Positions 28,836-39,099 of a stretch of DNA of 63,129 nucleotides are shown piece after piece; position 1 is the first letter of the stretch, and every line of letters begins with the position of its first letter. Below the pieces are notes generated by a model. That model saw only the letters and a list, made by a program, of their open reading frames with translations, was not told where the DNA came from and made no database searches. Source of the DNA: an uncultured Bacillota bacterium (GTDB lineage: Bacteria > Bacillota_I > Bacilli_A > RF39 > UBA660); contig CAMJOB010000003.1 in assembly GCA_946407495.1 (NCBI GenBank), positions 1 through 63,129 on the forward strand. Reading direction: 5' to 3'. The translations under genes and the position numbers were made by a program.

Positions 28836-30452
28836 ATGAATAAGACATACATATTCGGGCATAAGAGACCGGATACTGATGCCGTAATGTCAGCAATCGG
28901 TTTATCTTATCTTAAGAATAAGTTAGGGGACGATACTGAACCTAAAGTATTAGGTACAATTAATAAGGAAACTTCATATGCATTAAAGTATTTTAATTTT
29001 CCGACACCAGAATATCTTAACGATGTAAAATTACAAGTTAAAGATATTAAATATAATAAAGACTTTTTAATTCATGAACATGCTAGTATATATGATGCAT
29101 ATCAATATATGTTAAGAGAAGGACTTACAGGTTTACCTGTTGTTAAAGACGGTAATAAATTTAAAGCTTTAGTTACATTAAAGGATTTATCTAGAGTTAT
29201 TATTAATGAAAATATTGAAGACTTATATACTTCATATGAAAATATTATGAATGTATTAAAAGGTGAAGATTTAGTTAGAGTAGATAAAGAAATAATTGGT
29301 AAAATTATTGTTTGTGCTTATCGTAGTACTAACTTTATTAAGAACATTGAACTTGAAAAGAATACATGTTTAATTGTTGGTGACCGTCATAGTGTTATCG
29401 AGCATGCAGTTAATCAAGGAATTAAAATGATTATTATTACTGGTGATAATGAAGTACATGATGAGCATTTAGAGATTGCTCGTAAGAATAACGTTAACGT
29501 TATACGTACTCCATATGATTCTTATCACGTTGCAAAATTAATTGGTTTAACTAATTATATTAAGACTATTGTACGTACAACTAATCCTACTAAGTTTGAG
29601 GATACTGATTTTGTTAGTACTGTAGTTGAAGTTAATGAGAAATTAAAACATACTAATTATCCAGTAGTTGATAAGAATAATAAATGTTTAGGATTACTTC
29701 GTATGATTGATTTAAATGATAAGGATCCTAAGAGAGTTATTTTAGTGGATCATAATGAACCATTACAAAGTGCTGAAGGTATTGATGAAGCTGAAATAGT
29801 TGAAATCATTGACCACCATGCATTAAGTACATTAAGTACTACACAACCAATTAATTATCGTAATATGGCTGTTGGTTCTTCTTGTACAATAGTTTATTAT
29901 TTATTCCAAGAGAAGAATGTAGATATTCCTAAGAATATTGCTGGTGCATTATTATCAGGAATCTTATCTGATACATTAATCTTAAAGAGTCCAACTGCTA
30001 CTAAGTTAGATGAAGCTGCTGTTAAAGCACTTGCTGAAATAGCTGGAGTAGATTACTTTAAGTATGGTATGGATATGATTAAGGCTGGTACTTCTGTTGC
30101 TGGAATGACTAAAGAACAAGTTATTTATAATGACTATAAGTTATTTACTTCAGGAGAATCTAAGTTCGGTATTGGTCAATTCTTTACTATGGACTTTGAG
30201 GATATGAAGAAAGATATTAATGAGTATATTAAAGTGCTTGATGAAGAAGCAGAACAAAATGGTTTAGTGCTTATTGCTTTATATATTACTGATATTATCG
30301 AAAATGGTAGTTACGTAATTTATAATACTAAAGCAGAAGAATTTATGAAGGCTGCTTATGATGATATGGATGTTGAAGAAGGATTCTTTGTTCCAAACTG
30401 TGTATCTCGTAAGAAGAATATTGTTCCTGCTATTATGCCTATATTTAGTTAA
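28836..30452 (+). CDS. ppaC: CBS-domain-containing family II inorganic pyrophosphatase (DHH-CBS-DHHA2)
   Basis: FGHKRPDTDAV, VDHNE, IIDHH and DHHA2 GILSDT motifs, with an inserted CBS pair of about 250 aa. Confidence 0.82.
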   Translation: MNKTYIFGHKRPDTDAVMSAIGLSYLKNKLGDDTEPKVLGTINKETSYALKYFNFPTPEYLNDVKLQVKDIKYNKDFLIHEHASIYDAYQYMLREGLTGLPVVKDGNKFKALVTLKDLSRVIINENIEDLYTSYENIMNVLKGEDLVRVDKEIIGKIIVCAYRSTNFIKNIELEKNTCLIVGDRHSVIEHAVNQGIKMIIITGDNEVHDEHLEIARKNNVNVIRTPYDSYHVAKLIGLTNYIKTIVRTTNPTKFEDTDFVSTVVEVNEKLKHTNYPVVDKNNKCLGLLRMIDLNDKDPKRVILVDHNEPLQSAEGIDEAEIVEIIDHHALSTLSTTQPINYRNMAVGSSCTIVYYLFQEKNVDIPKNIAGALLSGILSDTLILKSPTATKLDEAAVKALAEIAGVDYFKYGMDMIKAGTSVAGMTKEQVIYNDYKLFTSGESKFGIGQFFTMDFEDMKKDINEYIKVLDEEAEQNGLVLIALYITDIIENGSYVIYNTKAEEFMKAAYDDMDVEEGFFVPNCVSRKKNIVPAIMPIFS

Positions 30453-30532
30453 TAAAAGAGAAAGTGATTTCTCTTTTTCTTTGTGTTAAAACGGGTTTTA
30501 TGATATTATTATAAGTAGGAAAGGTGAGGCAA

Positions 30533-31168
30533 ATGGACAAGGTAATTTTATCTCCTCAAGGTAGGGTTATTCGTAAACGTAAATTTGATGCAAACCGTAA
30601 GACTAGTAATATCTTAGTTAATGGTTTAGAGATTGTTTTGGATACTCTAGGTAAGATGAGAACAAGAGATGACATGGAACAATATTTATCTTATGGCAGA
30701 GAAGAAGATATTGATGTAAAAGAAGAGATTGCAAGATTACTTTTAATTGCAACTACTTTTCCTACGGATGTATCCCCGACAATAGATATTAGTAATAAAC
30801 TATTCGATAATCATATTGTTGATATTAACTCAATGTTCATTAAAGAATTTTTAGAGTTGGAGGAGAGAAATAAAACTACTTCCTTTATGAAGAGTGATTT
30901 CTACTATCAAATATCTAGTAAGTTAGAGGAAATGGAGTTGAGACGTTTAGTTGATGATAATCTTGTATTAAACGATAGTATTATCTTAATTAAAAATATA
31001 CGTAATTTGTATAGAGCTAATTTAGATGCTAATGTTGATCGTGGTAAGTTAGATATGAGATATAGAGAACCATTGATTGAATTGTTTCAACACAACTTAG
31101 ATTATGCACAGAAAAAAATAAGGAACGGAGTGATGAAAACAAATGTACAAGTACAAACAAGACATTAA
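30533..31168 (+). CDS. hypothetical protein (about 211 aa)
   Basis: ORF with no recognisable motif. Its 3' end overlaps the next gene by 26 nt. Confidence 0.4.
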   Translation: MDKVILSPQGRVIRKRKFDANRKTSNILVNGLEIVLDTLGKMRTRDDMEQYLSYGREEDIDVKEEIARLLLIATTFPTDVSPTIDISNKLFDNHIVDINSMFIKEFLELEERNKTTSFMKSDFYYQISSKLEEMELRRLVDDNLVLNDSIILIKNIRNLYRANLDANVDRGKLDMRYREPLIELFQHNLDYAQKKIRNGVMKTNVQVQTRH

Positions 31169-32519
31169 TAAAAACATATTTAGGGGTTATGACATAAGAG
31201 GAATTTATCCTACAGAAATCGATAGTGACACTGCCTATACTATTGGTAGAGGATTTGGTAGTTATATTAGATCTATTGGTAAAACTACTGCTGTTGTAGG
31301 ACATGATAATCGTTTAAGTAGCGATGAGTTATATAAAGCATTAATTGCTGGTATTACAGAATCAGGAATAGATATTATATCTTTAGGATTATGTACAACA
31401 CCAATGTACTATTATGCCTGCATTAAATTAGGAGTATATAGTGGTGTAATGGTAACAGCATCTCACAATCCTAAGGATGATAATGGATTTAAATTTGCAT
31501 TCGATGAATCTGGTAACTGTAAAGGACAAGAAATTCAAGATTTCTTAGCTTATATTCTAAAAGGTGAATTCTCTAATGGAGAAGGAAAAGTAAGTGAATA
31601 TAATATTGAACCAGATTATGTAGAATTATTTGGACATAACTTTAACTTCGGAGAAAGAAGAGTTAAAGCAGTTATTGATCCAGGAAATGGAACTACTGCT
31701 ATTATTGCTAAGAAGTTATATGAAATGTTCCCAATTGATTTAATTTGTATTAATAATGATAGTGATGGTAGATTCCCTAATCACCATCCAGATCCATGTG
31801 TTGAGAAGAATCTTGATCAATTAAAAGCTGCTGTATTAGAAAATAAAGCAGATATTGGTTTAGCATTCGATGGTGATGGAGATCGTATGGGTATGGTAAC
31901 GGCTAATGGAACATTTATTCCTACAGATTACTATATGATTATGATTGTAAGAGATATTATTAATAAAGTTGAGAATAAGAAATTCTTATATGATGTTAAG
32001 TGTTCTAAATCATTAAGTGATGAAATAGAAAAATTAGGTGGAGAGGGTATCTGTTATAGAACTGGTAACTCTTACACTAAAGCTAAAGTAAGAGATGATA
32101 ATTTACCATTTGGTGGAGAATTATCTGGACATGTTTACTTTAGAGATCGTTGGCCAGGATTTGACTCAGGTTTATATGCTGGACTTCGTATGTTAGAAAT
32201 CTTATCTCATACAGATAAAAGTGTAGAAGAATTATTAGATGGAATTAATAGATATCATTCTACAGAAGAATTAAAGTTTACTTCTCCTGATGATATTAAA
32301 TTTGGAGTTATTGATAAGATTGGTGAATATGCTAAATCTAAAGGTTATAACTTCTTAACTATTGATGGAGTTAAAGTATTATTCGATGATGGATGGGCTT
32401 TAGTTCGTGCATCTAATACTGGTCCTAATGTTACTGCTAGATTTGAAGCAAGTACAAAAGAGAGACTAGAAGAATTACAAAAAGAATTTATTTCTAAGAT
32501 AGAAGAATATAATAAGTAA
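31143..32519 (+). CDS. phosphomannomutase/phosphoglucomutase (alpha-D-phosphohexomutase)
   Basis: FRGYDIRG, active-site TASHNPKDDNGFK, metal loop FDGDGDR, and GELSGH. Confidence 0.85.
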   Translation: MYKYKQDINKNIFRGYDIRGIYPTEIDSDTAYTIGRGFGSYIRSIGKTTAVVGHDNRLSSDELYKALIAGITESGIDIISLGLCTTPMYYYACIKLGVYSGVMVTASHNPKDDNGFKFAFDESGNCKGQEIQDFLAYILKGEFSNGEGKVSEYNIEPDYVELFGHNFNFGERRVKAVIDPGNGTTAIIAKKLYEMFPIDLICINNDSDGRFPNHHPDPCVEKNLDQLKAAVLENKADIGLAFDGDGDRMGMVTANGTFIPTDYYMIMIVRDIINKVENKKFLYDVKCSKSLSDEIEKLGGEGICYRTGNSYTKAKVRDDNLPFGGELSGHVYFRDRWPGFDSGLYAGLRMLEILSHTDKSVEELLDGINRYHSTEELKFTSPDDIKFGVIDKIGEYAKSKGYNFLTIDGVKVLFDDGWALVRASNTGPNVTARFEASTKERLEELQKEFISKIEEYNK

Positions 32520-32592
32520 AATTTTACATTTTAAGAAGAGAGAATTATTTTCTTTCTTCTTTTTTTATTGTATTCTTATAGTAGGTGATAAT

Positions 32593-33348
32593 ATGGATAG
32601 CAAAAAAAGAAATCTAATATTAATGATACTTTGTATTGTTGGTTTAGTTATACTTTTAAGTATTATGGTTTATAATGTTGTTTTTGCTGGAAGTAAGAAA
32701 AAAACTAAAGAAGTAGAAGTAATTGATAATAATATAATTGAAGATGACGTAGATGTTGAAAAAGAGATAGATCTTAATAGTATTGTTTTTGATCCTAGTA
32801 CTTATAAATTAGATGAGAAGTTGGCAAAAGATGGAACATTTATTAATAAATACGCTGGTCTTATAAAAGATGGAAGTAATATATTAGATGATGTTAATTA
32901 TAGAATTCTTTATGTTAATTATTCTTTAATTACAGGAAATAAATATAGTATGGCTTTAGGTGAAAATATAATATCTAGTGGTTATGTAGTAAGAGAAGAA
33001 TATATTAATGAATATAATAAATATTTTGGTAAAACATACTTATATAGTAAGACAGTAGATAAAGAAAAGATTCAACAAAGATTTTATAATGATTGTGAGG
33101 ATTATCCGTCAGTTAATAATGGAAGAAATGTTTGTTTTATTACTAATATAAGTGAATATCCTGAAACTTATTTTTTAGGACTTAAAATAAAAGATACTAA
33201 GAAAGTTAGAATATATTATGGAGCTTATTATCAAGATAATACTCCTGATAAGTCTGGTGTATATGATAAAGGATATTTTAAGATAGTCTATAAAAAATTT
33301 AAATATGATTTATACTTACAAAGTATTACATTTAAAAAAGCTGCTTAA
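32593..33348 (+). CDS. membrane-anchored hypothetical protein (251 aa)
   Basis: N-terminal signal-anchor (LILMILCIVGLVILLSIMVYNVV). The remainder is Tyr/Lys/Asn rich, and no family was recognised. Confidence 0.45.
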   Translation: MDSKKRNLILMILCIVGLVILLSIMVYNVVFAGSKKKTKEVEVIDNNIIEDDVDVEKEIDLNSIVFDPSTYKLDEKLAKDGTFINKYAGLIKDGSNILDDVNYRILYVNYSLITGNKYSMALGENIISSGYVVREEYINEYNKYFGKTYLYSKTVDKEKIQQRFYNDCEDYPSVNNGRNVCFITNISEYPETYFLGLKIKDTKKVRIYYGAYYQDNTPDKSGVYDKGYFKIVYKKFKYDLYLQSITFKKAA

Positions 33349-33437
33349 TTATTTTTGTAAAGAAATGTTAAAGAGGGGAAGTCTTAATGCTTTTCTTCTT
33401 TTTCTTATGATATAATTTTTAAGGGTAGAAAAAATAC

Positions 33438-33466
33438 TTGATTTCTATAAATTAATTTGTTATATT
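33438..33466 (+). promoter_or_regulatory. candidate sigma-A promoter for helD
   Basis: TTGATT, 17-nt spacer, TATATT. Confidence 0.45.
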
Positions 33467-33578
33467 GTAGTAGACGTTTCGCGAAAAAATTATTTTTTGT
33501 TAAAGTTACTGCATAGAAAAAATGTAGTTTTTTCTCGTTTGTTTAGTTTTCTAATTATTTATCGTTAGGAGGGATTTT

Positions 33579-35609
33579 ATGGCACTTAGTGAAGTGGAAG
33601 TTCAAAAGGAAAAGAAAATCTTGAAGAAAGTTCAAAAGTTACTTGATGATACGTTAGATGATTTAGGAGAACAAGTTTTTGATGATGAAGAAGGACTACA
33701 AGAGTTTAAAAAGATGATGTGGGAAAATGCTTCTAGTTTCGATTCTGGTGAAATGCAACAAGTTATGGCGGCAACTGCACAAGAAGCAGAAAAGGTATTG
33801 ATGAAGAGAGATTATTTCTTAAAACTTCGTCAAATAAAAGATAAACCTTATTTCGCATCAATTGTTTTTAAAGATGATGAAGGTAAAGTAAATAATATTT
33901 ATATTTCTCTTACATACTTAAAAGATGATCAATTAAATAATATTTTATATGACTGGAGAAGTCCTATATGTAGTTTGTTCTATGATTATGAAACTGGACC
34001 ATGTAGTTATAAAGCTCCAGGAGGAGTTTATACCGGTGAATTAAAACGTAAGAGACAATATAAAATAGAGAATCGTAAATTAGTAGGAGTATTCGATAAT
34101 AGCTTAAATATCGATGATGAAGTATTACAAGAAGTACTTGCTACTGAGTCTAGCGATAAGATGAAGAATGTTGTTAATACGATTCAACAAGAACAAAATC
34201 AAGTAATACGTAATGTAGAAGATAATAACTTAATAGTACAAGGTATTGCAGGATCTGGTAAGACTACAGTTGCATTACACCGTATTGCATTCCTTTTATA
34301 TCGTTTACCTAATTTAACAAGTAATAATATTTTGATATTCTCTCCAAATGATATATTTACTGAATATATTAGTGATGTATTACCATCTTTAGGAGAAGCA
34401 AATACATTACAAACAACATTTAGTGATTATATGTATTCAATGATTCAAGAATATAAAGATGTAGAAAGTTTTACAGATTTTGTTAGTCGTTATTATACAT
34501 ATCAAGAAGTTAATAGGGACTTAGTTGAATATAAACAAAGTGATGAGATTATTAAAGATTTTGATGCTTATATAGAACATTATGTTAATAATTGTAAAAT
34601 TACAGAAGACTTTATTGAGAATGAAGTACATTTTGTCGATAAAGATGAAATTAACGATATGTTACATCGTAAATATAGTAGATTCCCATTATTTGAGAGA
34701 TTAGATGAGATAAGTAAAAAGTTAAGTTCTAATTTCTATAAAGGTAGTGGTAAAAAGAATGCTACATTTAGAAAGTTATTAAGAGAACATAGTAATTTTG
34801 ATAAAGATTATAAAGCTATTTATAAAAACTTCTGGTTAAGTGATTATTCAAAAATTAAATTAAAAGAAGAAGATATAAATAAGTTTATTAATAGAGATAA
34901 GATTAATTATGAAGATGCTTTATTATTTACTTATTTAAAAGGTAATCTTGAAGGATTTAGATATGAGAATAGTATTAAGCAAGTAGTTATAGATGAAGCT
35001 CAAGATTATAATAGACTTCAATATATAATTATTCAAAAGATATTTGCAAGAGCAGATTTTACAATACTTGGAGATATTAATCAAAATATTAATCCATACT
35101 ATAGTTATGAAACATTAGAGAGTTTAAGTGATATCTTTAAAGGAGAAAGTAAATATATTGAATTATTAAAGACATATCGTTCTTCTCCTGAAATAATAGA
35201 ATATACAAATAAGATTCTTGGATTGAATCATGTTAATGCGATAAGAAAAGATAATAATAAACCTGTATTAATGAGAAAAGATGTAGAGAACTTTAAAGAA
35301 CGTATTTCTAATGATATTAAATATTTACAAGAACAATATAAGAGTTGTGCAATTATTACTAAAGATTATGAACAAGCTGAACGTATTTATGAAATGTTAA
35401 AAGATGATTTTACTATTTCTTTAGTAGATCATAATAGTAAGAAGTTTACTAAAGAATTAATTGTAATTCCTGCATATACTGCGAAGGGATTAGAGTTCGA
35501 TAGTGTAATCATTTATAATGATCGTAGTAATAGTTATAAGAAAAATGAACGTAATCTTTTATATGTTGCATGTACTAGATGTCAACACGAACTAATTATT
35601 TATAATTAA
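33579..35609 (+). CDS. helD: HelD-like helicase IV (UvrD/Rep superfamily 1, RNA polymerase recycling factor type)
   Basis: Walker A GIAGSGKTTVALHR, Walker B VVIDEAQD, late SF1 motifs (YRSSPEI, GLEFD, LLYVACTR), and a long N-terminal coiled-coil arm. Confidence 0.8.
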   Translation: MALSEVEVQKEKKILKKVQKLLDDTLDDLGEQVFDDEEGLQEFKKMMWENASSFDSGEMQQVMAATAQEAEKVLMKRDYFLKLRQIKDKPYFASIVFKDDEGKVNNIYISLTYLKDDQLNNILYDWRSPICSLFYDYETGPCSYKAPGGVYTGELKRKRQYKIENRKLVGVFDNSLNIDDEVLQEVLATESSDKMKNVVNTIQQEQNQVIRNVEDNNLIVQGIAGSGKTTVALHRIAFLLYRLPNLTSNNILIFSPNDIFTEYISDVLPSLGEANTLQTTFSDYMYSMIQEYKDVESFTDFVSRYYTYQEVNRDLVEYKQSDEIIKDFDAYIEHYVNNCKITEDFIENEVHFVDKDEINDMLHRKYSRFPLFERLDEISKKLSSNFYKGSGKKNATFRKLLREHSNFDKDYKAIYKNFWLSDYSKIKLKEEDINKFINRDKINYEDALLFTYLKGNLEGFRYENSIKQVVIDEAQDYNRLQYIIIQKIFARADFTILGDINQNINPYYSYETLESLSDIFKGESKYIELLKTYRSSPEIIEYTNKILGLNHVNAIRKDNNKPVLMRKDVENFKERISNDIKYLQEQYKSCAIITKDYEQAERIYEMLKDDFTISLVDHNSKKFTKELIVIPAYTAKGLEFDSVIIYNDRSNSYKKNERNLLYVACTRCQHELIIYN

Positions 35610-35622
35610 AAAAAGAAGAGTA

Positions 35623-37005
35623 TTAAGACTCTTCTTTTATTTCGAAATAGAATGTAGTACCTTTATCTAATTTAGAATTAACTCCATATTTATAATTATG
35701 TGCTTCTAGTATTTGTTTTACGATAGATAATCCTAATCCAGTACCAACTAGATTTCTTTTATGTTTTTTCTTATTCTTATAATATTTATCCCAGATATAT
35801 GGTAAGTCTTCTTCTTTAATTCCTTTACCTGTATCTGTTATAGATACTTTATTTTTATTTACTTCAATAGTTACTTTATTATCTTCTCCAGTATAATTAA
35901 TAGCATTATTTAATAAGTTATAAATTACTTGTTCTAACTTCTTTTTATCTGCTTTAATAGTATATTCATCTTTATCATGAATGAATTCAAATTTATAATC
36001 TTCTTTTTCTTCTAAATAAGTATAAGTTTTTAATATTTGATTAATTAGTTCAATTAAATTAAATTCTTCTATTTCTAATTCTTCAATATTATTTTGCATC
36101 TTAGATAAAGTTAAAATATCATTTACTAGAGTAGTTAATCTTTCAGTTTCATTAATGATTGTATTCATATCTTCTTGTTGTTTCTCTGGTTTGTTTTTAT
36201 GAATTTCTGTACATGCTTCAGCATATGCTTTAATCATTGTAAGTGGAGTTTTAAGGTCATGTGAAACATTAGCCATTAAGTCTCTACGTAGTTCATCTGT
36301 TTTTTCTAATTCGCCTTTAGCATAGTTTAATGATTCTTCTAATTCTTTTATTTCTTCAATACTTGATGTTGTTTCAAAATCTGCTTCAAAATCTTGTTTA
36401 GCTAATCTTTTTGCTTGTTTACTTAAATGTGTAATTGGAGTAGAAATATGTTTTGAAACATAATATGAAGTTACTAAAGATAATAATAAGACTATTATTG
36501 TAGCGACTATAAGTAAATTTCTATTTAAATATGTAATTGATTCTATAGGTTCTATTGATGAATTAATAAATGCATAAGTATTATTTTCTAATTTTACAGC
36601 TTGTACTATAGTATCATTTTTAAATCTTGGATTTACTATTTCAAATGTTTCTTGTTCTTTATTACTTCTAATAAATGAAGACTTAAAATCTATATTACTT
36701 GTAGTATTAGGTAAACATCCTTTTCCAAAGAAAGATGCCATGTATATTGGAAGACCTCCATCATCTACAATTTCTATACAGACTTCTTTGTCTATAGATG
36801 TTTGATTTAATATATCTTTGAAGGTTTCTTTATTACTAAATATTTTTATTGTATTTGCGACTTCTTTAGTATCTTTTATTTTACTATTACGATAGTATTG
36901 ATCAAAGAAAAATACTTCAGTAGTCCATAGAAAGATTAATATGAAAACGGAAAATAAGAGAAAGTATTTCCATATTTCTTTAATTAGTGTTTTCGTCTTC
37001 TTCAA
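35623..37005 (-). CDS. sensor histidine kinase (two TM, HAMP, HisKA, HATPase)
   Basis: H-box NVSHDLKTPL, N-box LLNNAINYT, G-box GTGLGLSIV. Uses a TTG start that overlaps the regulator gene by 26 nt. Confidence 0.88.
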   Translation of the reverse strand: MKKTKTLIKEIWKYFLLFSVFILIFLWTTEVFFFDQYYRNSKIKDTKEVANTIKIFSNKETFKDILNQTSIDKEVCIEIVDDGGLPIYMASFFGKGCLPNTTSNIDFKSSFIRSNKEQETFEIVNPRFKNDTIVQAVKLENNTYAFINSSIEPIESITYLNRNLLIVATIIVLLLSLVTSYYVSKHISTPITHLSKQAKRLAKQDFEADFETTSSIEEIKELEESLNYAKGELEKTDELRRDLMANVSHDLKTPLTMIKAYAEACTEIHKNKPEKQQEDMNTIINETERLTTLVNDILTLSKMQNNIEELEIEEFNLIELINQILKTYTYLEEKEDYKFEFIHDKDEYTIKADKKKLEQVIYNLLNNAINYTGEDNKVTIEVNKNKVSITDTGKGIKEEDLPYIWDKYYKNKKKHKRNLVGTGLGLSIVKQILEAHNYKYGVNSKLDKGTTFYFEIKEES

Positions 37006-37657
37006 TGTATTTATATCCTACGCCACGTACTGTTTGAATATGGTCTCTATATTTTCCTAAATTACTTCTTAACATCTTAATATGAGTATCTATTGTTCTA
37101 TCATCACCAAAGAAATCATATCCCCATAGTTTAGATAATAATTGCTCTCTTGAGATAGCATTATTTTTATTCTCAATTAAGTATGTTAGTACTTCAAATT
37201 CTTTTGGAGTTATTGTTATAATCTTTCCATCTATTTTTAAGGTATGAGCAGAGTAGTTAACTTCTAAAGTATCATATTTATATATTTGTTGTTTTTTCTT
37301 AGATGTACGATTTGTGATTGCTTTAACTCTAGCGATTAGTTCTTTAGGTGAGAATGGTTTAGTTAAATAATCATCTATTCCTAAATCAAATCCTTGTAGT
37401 TTATCTATTTCTTCATCACGAGCAGATAAAATAATAGTTGGGATTTGTTTTTCTTTAGGTAATTCTTTTAACATCTCAAATCCATCCATCTTAGGCATCA
37501 TAATATCTAGTACTAAAATGTCATATGATTCTTTCATTAATTTTCCTAAGGCTATTTCACCATTTTCAGCTTCTGAAACTTCATAGTTTTCTTCTTCACA
37601 ATATTCTTTAATGATACTTCTAATTCTTTCTTCATCATCTACAACTAATATTTTCAT
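36980..37657 (-). CDS. OmpR-family response regulator
   Basis: MKILVVDDE, LDIMMPKMDG, KPF, and a winged-helix C-terminus (RTIDTHI...VRGVGYK). Confidence 0.93.
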   Translation of the reverse strand: MKILVVDDEERIRSIIKEYCEEENYEVSEAENGEIALGKLMKESYDILVLDIMMPKMDGFEMLKELPKEKQIPTIILSARDEEIDKLQGFDLGIDDYLTKPFSPKELIARVKAITNRTSKKKQQIYKYDTLEVNYSAHTLKIDGKIITITPKEFEVLTYLIENKNNAISREQLLSKLWGYDFFGDDRTIDTHIKMLRSNLGKYRDHIQTVRGVGYKYIEEDENTN

Positions 37658-37710
37658 ATAAAGTCCTCCTTATGTCCATATTATACAATAAACGTGAAGA
37701 TTAAGTGAAA

Positions 37711-38997
37711 TTATGAAAGATTATTTTTTAGTTTTTTAAAATCCATTATTGTTGTATATAAAATATTAATACTTGTAGAGATGATTAATGGATATAAACC
37801 TATATGGAATAAAGATAAGATAAATAGAAGTATTGTACGTATTATAGTTGCGGATAGAATTGTTTTAGTGTGATCACTACTTTTACCTATAGCATCTAAA
37901 GACGTAGATATTGGTAAGGATATATGGAAGAATAAAAAGAATGGTGAAAGTATTCTAATATATTTTTTACCTTTAGTAGTGTGATAGATTGTTTGTAAGA
38001 AAAAAGATGGATTATAAATAAATAGAAGTGTAGGAATAAAGGCAATAACTAAGGAACTAATTATTGAGATACGTATTTTTATTTTTACTTTTCTTATATC
38101 ATTTCTAGAATAATCTTTAGAAATAGATGGAAGTAGAGCAGTAGATATAGCACCAGTAAAGAAAGATGGAAGTAATATTAATGGGATTACATACCCTGTA
38201 ATTATTCCATATTGAGTATTTATATAATTAGTAGAATATCCAACTAGTTTTAAAGTATTTAGTATTATTATTGGTTCTAAAAAATAACCAATACTTCCAA
38301 TAATAGTAGTTATTGTAGTGGGAATTCCTATTTGGAGATAGTCTTTTACTTCTTGAGGTTTTGGGATAAAATCTTTTTTTCTTATATTTATGTTTTTAGG
38401 TAAAAAGAATAACATAGTTATAATATCTGATATTTCTACAATAACGTTTGTTAGTATTAAAAAACATATTATGTAAGATACACTTTTTTTAATAATAATG
38501 GGTAAGTAATAATAATAAATTAATAAGCGAATAATTGATTCTATAATATTTGCGATAACTTGAGGTAGAGTTTTACCTGTACCAAATAAATAACTTCTAA
38601 TAAGAGAAGATATACTTGTGAATGGAATAACTAAAGCAATAGAAATTACTCCTAAATATAGATTTTTATTTTGAAGTAATTTTGTAATAGTGGGAGCAAA
38701 TATAAAAATAAGAATCATTATTATAATATTTAATAAAGCAAGAATAGGGAGATTTGATAAGACAAATCTTTTTTTATTTCTATTATCTTCAGAGACTATT
38801 TTTGACATAGCAGTAGGTAGACCAAATTGAGAGATATTTACAAGTAACATGAAGGTAGGATAAATACTCATATATATACCTAAAGTGCTTGCAGATAAAT
38901 GTCTTGTAAGGATTATTTTTATTACTAAACTAAATAATTTTGTGATCATTCCACCTATAATTAGAATGATTGTTGTGCGTAATAATTTATTTTTCAT
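37711..38997 (-). CDS. MOP-superfamily flippase (polysaccharide biosynthesis / SpoVB / MurJ-like)
   Basis: About 12-14 TM helices. N-terminus (GGMITKLFSLVIKIILTRHL) is typical of the family. Confidence 0.65.
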   Translation of the reverse strand: MKNKLLRTTIILIIGGMITKLFSLVIKIILTRHLSASTLGIYMSIYPTFMLLVNISQFGLPTAMSKIVSEDNRNKKRFVLSNLPILALLNIIIMILIFIFAPTITKLLQNKNLYLGVISIALVIPFTSISSLIRSYLFGTGKTLPQVIANIIESIIRLLIYYYYLPIIIKKSVSYIICFLILTNVIVEISDIITMLFFLPKNINIRKKDFIPKPQEVKDYLQIGIPTTITTIIGSIGYFLEPIIILNTLKLVGYSTNYINTQYGIITGYVIPLILLPSFFTGAISTALLPSISKDYSRNDIRKVKIKIRISIISSLVIAFIPTLLFIYNPSFFLQTIYHTTKGKKYIRILSPFFLFFHISLPISTSLDAIGKSSDHTKTILSATIIRTILLFILSLFHIGLYPLIISTSINILYTTIMDFKKLKNNLS

Positions 38998-39099
38998 AGT
39001 AAAACTTATGAAATTTTACATTTTTTATGTTTATTTTTATAAAATATGATATTATATTAATAGTAGGATAGGGGTTTGTCTAGATTGAGGTGTGTATAA

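Noticed and set aside
33387-33410. Mini-ORF ATG CTT TTC TTC TTT TTC TTA TGA (MLFFFFL) preceded by GAGGGG, resembling a Phe-rich attenuator leader peptide.
   Set aside because: The same bases form the 3' arm and T-tract of a GU-containing terminator hairpin for the upstream gene. The downstream gene is helD, not a Phe biosynthesis or tRNA-synthetase gene. Most likely coincidental.
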